From Amoeboradix gromovi X-113 (Eukaryota > Fungi > Sanchytriomycota): a stretch of 18,761 bases of DNA. The position numbers and the translations under genes are program-made. Below the pieces are notes generated by a model. That model saw only the letters and a program-made list of their open reading frames with translations, did no database searches and was not told the origin of the DNA. Shown one piece after another: positions 17,008 through 18,761 of this stretch; position 1 is the first letter of the stretch; each line of letters starts with the position of its first letter. The stretch lies in the NCBI GenBank assembly GCA_018985225.1, contig JADGIF010000124.1, forward strand, positions 1 to 18,761. Direction: 5' to 3'.

Positions 17008-18225
17008 ATGGGAAACAAGTTGGTAGTTTTGGGAACCGGTTGGTCTTCCTATTCATTAGTCCGCAATCTCAGAAAAGCAGCAACTGTGATATCGCCTCGA
17101 AACCATTTTGTGTTCACCCCATTACTAGCCAGCACCACAGTTGGCACGTTAGAATTCAGAACAATTACTGAACCAATAAGAAGGCTTCCTCATGTTGATT
17201 ATTACGAAGGAAGCTGCACTAAAATTGATCTTGATCAGAAGCAATTAACATACAGAGACTGGTTCGATAATGATCACATTGTTCCTTATGACCAGTTGGT
17301 GCTAGGCTTTGGATGCGTGCCAAATACATTCAACATTGCTGGTGCCAATAAGTATTCTCTGTTTCTGCGAGAAATTCATCACGCTCGCAAGATTAGGAAA
17401 AGGATTATTGAATGCCTTGAGTTTGCCAGCCATAACGATATTTCATTAAAAGAAAAACAAGAGCTATTGCATTTTTGTATAGTAGGAGCAGGCGCTACTG
17501 GTATAGAATTTGCAGGCGAGCTTTATGACTTCATCTTATCAGACATCATACGTTCGTATCCAAAAGTTGTCCCATTTGTTAAGATAACAATTTTTGATGT
17601 CAGCGATCGAATTTTGGGTACATTTGATAAATCTTTGTCACAATACGCATACAATAAATTTATGAGAGACGGAATTGAGCTGAGATTGAGTACAAAGATT
17701 ATAAAAGTTACAAAGTCAAATTTAGAGCTATTGAACGGCGAGCTTGTTCCTTATGGTCTCTTGGTTTGGAGCACAGGTCTTAGTGAACACCCTTTAACAA
17801 AGTCTTTAAATGTAGACAAGTACAACTCCAGGTTAAGCGTAGATAACTACTGCAGGGTCCTTAAAGATTCTAAATCTATTCCCGGTGTATATGCAATTGG
17901 AGACTGTGCCTCGAGTGTACCATCTAGTTTGCCACAAACAGCTCAGGTGGCAGCTCAGGAAGGCATATATTTAGCTTCTCAATTGAACAATCTTGCACCC
18001 AGGCCTTTCGAGTATCGCCATTTATTCACAATGGCTTATATTGGATCTTGGAAATCTATAATAGATAAACCTGGTGTTGGTAGACTGCATGGCACAATTG
18101 CATGGCTGATTTGGCGATCTGCTTACTTCACTCAGACAGTAAGCTGGAAAAATAAAATTTTGATACCTGTTTATTGGTTTACTAGCTGGATATTTGGTAG
18201 AGAAATATCCAGAATCAAAGAATGA
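17008..18225 (+). CDS. NDE1: Type II (alternative) NADH:ubiquinone oxidoreductase, NDE/NDI family
   Basis: LVVLGTGW, ISPRNHFVFTPLLASTTVGTLEFR, IVGAGATGIEFAGE, YAIGDCA, PQTAQVA.QEG, WLIWRSAY. First ATG at 17008; the track starts at GTG 16972. Confidence 0.92.
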   Translation: MGNKLVVLGTGWSSYSLVRNLRKAATVISPRNHFVFTPLLASTTVGTLEFRTITEPIRRLPHVDYYEGSCTKIDLDQKQLTYRDWFDNDHIVPYDQLVLGFGCVPNTFNIAGANKYSLFLREIHHARKIRKRIIECLEFASHNDISLKEKQELLHFCIVGAGATGIEFAGELYDFILSDIIRSYPKVVPFVKITIFDVSDRILGTFDKSLSQYAYNKFMRDGIELRLSTKIIKVTKSNLELLNGELVPYGLLVWSTGLSEHPLTKSLNVDKYNSRLSVDNYCRVLKDSKSIPGVYAIGDCASSVPSSLPQTAQVAAQEGIYLASQLNNLAPRPFEYRHLFTMAYIGSWKSIIDKPGVGRLHGTIAWLIWRSAYFTQTVSWKNKILIPVYWFTSWIFGREISRIKE

Positions 18226-18647
18226 GTATAAAATGAATAACTTGAGTCAGCAAAAAATAAATTTCTAATTTTATATCTTGCTATCAGAAGAATGCAGACT
18301 CCAGCAATGTAACAAGGATATACTAGCTCTCTGTGCCGAATTCGGCAAAATATCTGAGCCTATAACCATTATTCAAGTCTTATTTTAGCTCTAGTTTGTA
18401 GTGCCAAACATTGGATAACAAGTACGGCACTTAAGTAAGTATTAGTGCTCTCGATCAATTGCAAAAACACTGAGCCCCTATGAGCCTTAGTTGAATAAAT
18501 CACTTATCGTGATTACATGAACTACGTTTCTCCAATGTGCTCTATCTACACTTTTCTCACAGCATAAATTAGATAATCTTGTTTATCATCAATTGCAAAT
18601 GGGTCCAAGCCTCGTGATCTAGAACATATTAAACCTGAAGGTATAAA

Positions 18648-18761
18648 CATTTGAGACATCAAATATAAAACTGGACTAACTTTCTGTAACAACTTTGAAC
18701 ATTATCTCAGCTTTATTAATTTATGGATTCAAGAGGCGAGTGGACATTCAGCTAGTTGCGG
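18648..18761 (+). mobile_element. MITE (35-bp TIR family), partial copy cut by the window end
   Basis: CATTTGAGACATCAAATATAAAACTGGACTAACT...GGCGAGTGGACATTCAGCTAGTTGCGG matches 10331-10443. Confidence 0.85.

Noticed and set aside
1-18761. CRISPR array or prokaryotic origin
   Set aside because: No regularly spaced repeats, and the gene set (coatomer, TSC2, phosducin-like) is eukaryotic.

Overview
AT-rich, gene-dense eukaryotic DNA with no obvious introns (fungus-like or an early-diverging opisthokont; inferred from gene content). Host genes: CIA30/NDUFAF1, coatomer zeta, a DUF4238 protein, an SRR1-domain protein, tRNA-His(GUG), an HD phosphohydrolase, an LRR protein, TSC2/tuberin, a phosducin-like protein and a type II NADH dehydrogenase. 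Two repeat families occupy the intergenic space. (1) Four same-strand copies of a non-autonomous IS607-type element. The three ~560-bp copies join the N-terminal HTH of an IS607 TnpA serine recombinase to the C-terminus of a Fanzor2/TnpB nuclease (zinc finger, RuvC-III), followed by a hairpin-rich end that is a candidate omegaRNA. These three sit right after 5'-CAG, end in AG and show no consistent target-site duplication, and each has a different downstream flank, i.e. a different predicted guide. (2) Four copies of a MITE with 35-bp terminal inverted repeats. Also present: a decayed relic of a second TnpB/Fanzor lineage, a candidate structured ncRNA (~3815-4035) and an unidentified pseudogene (~6.0-7.3 kb). 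All alignments and folds were done by eye.
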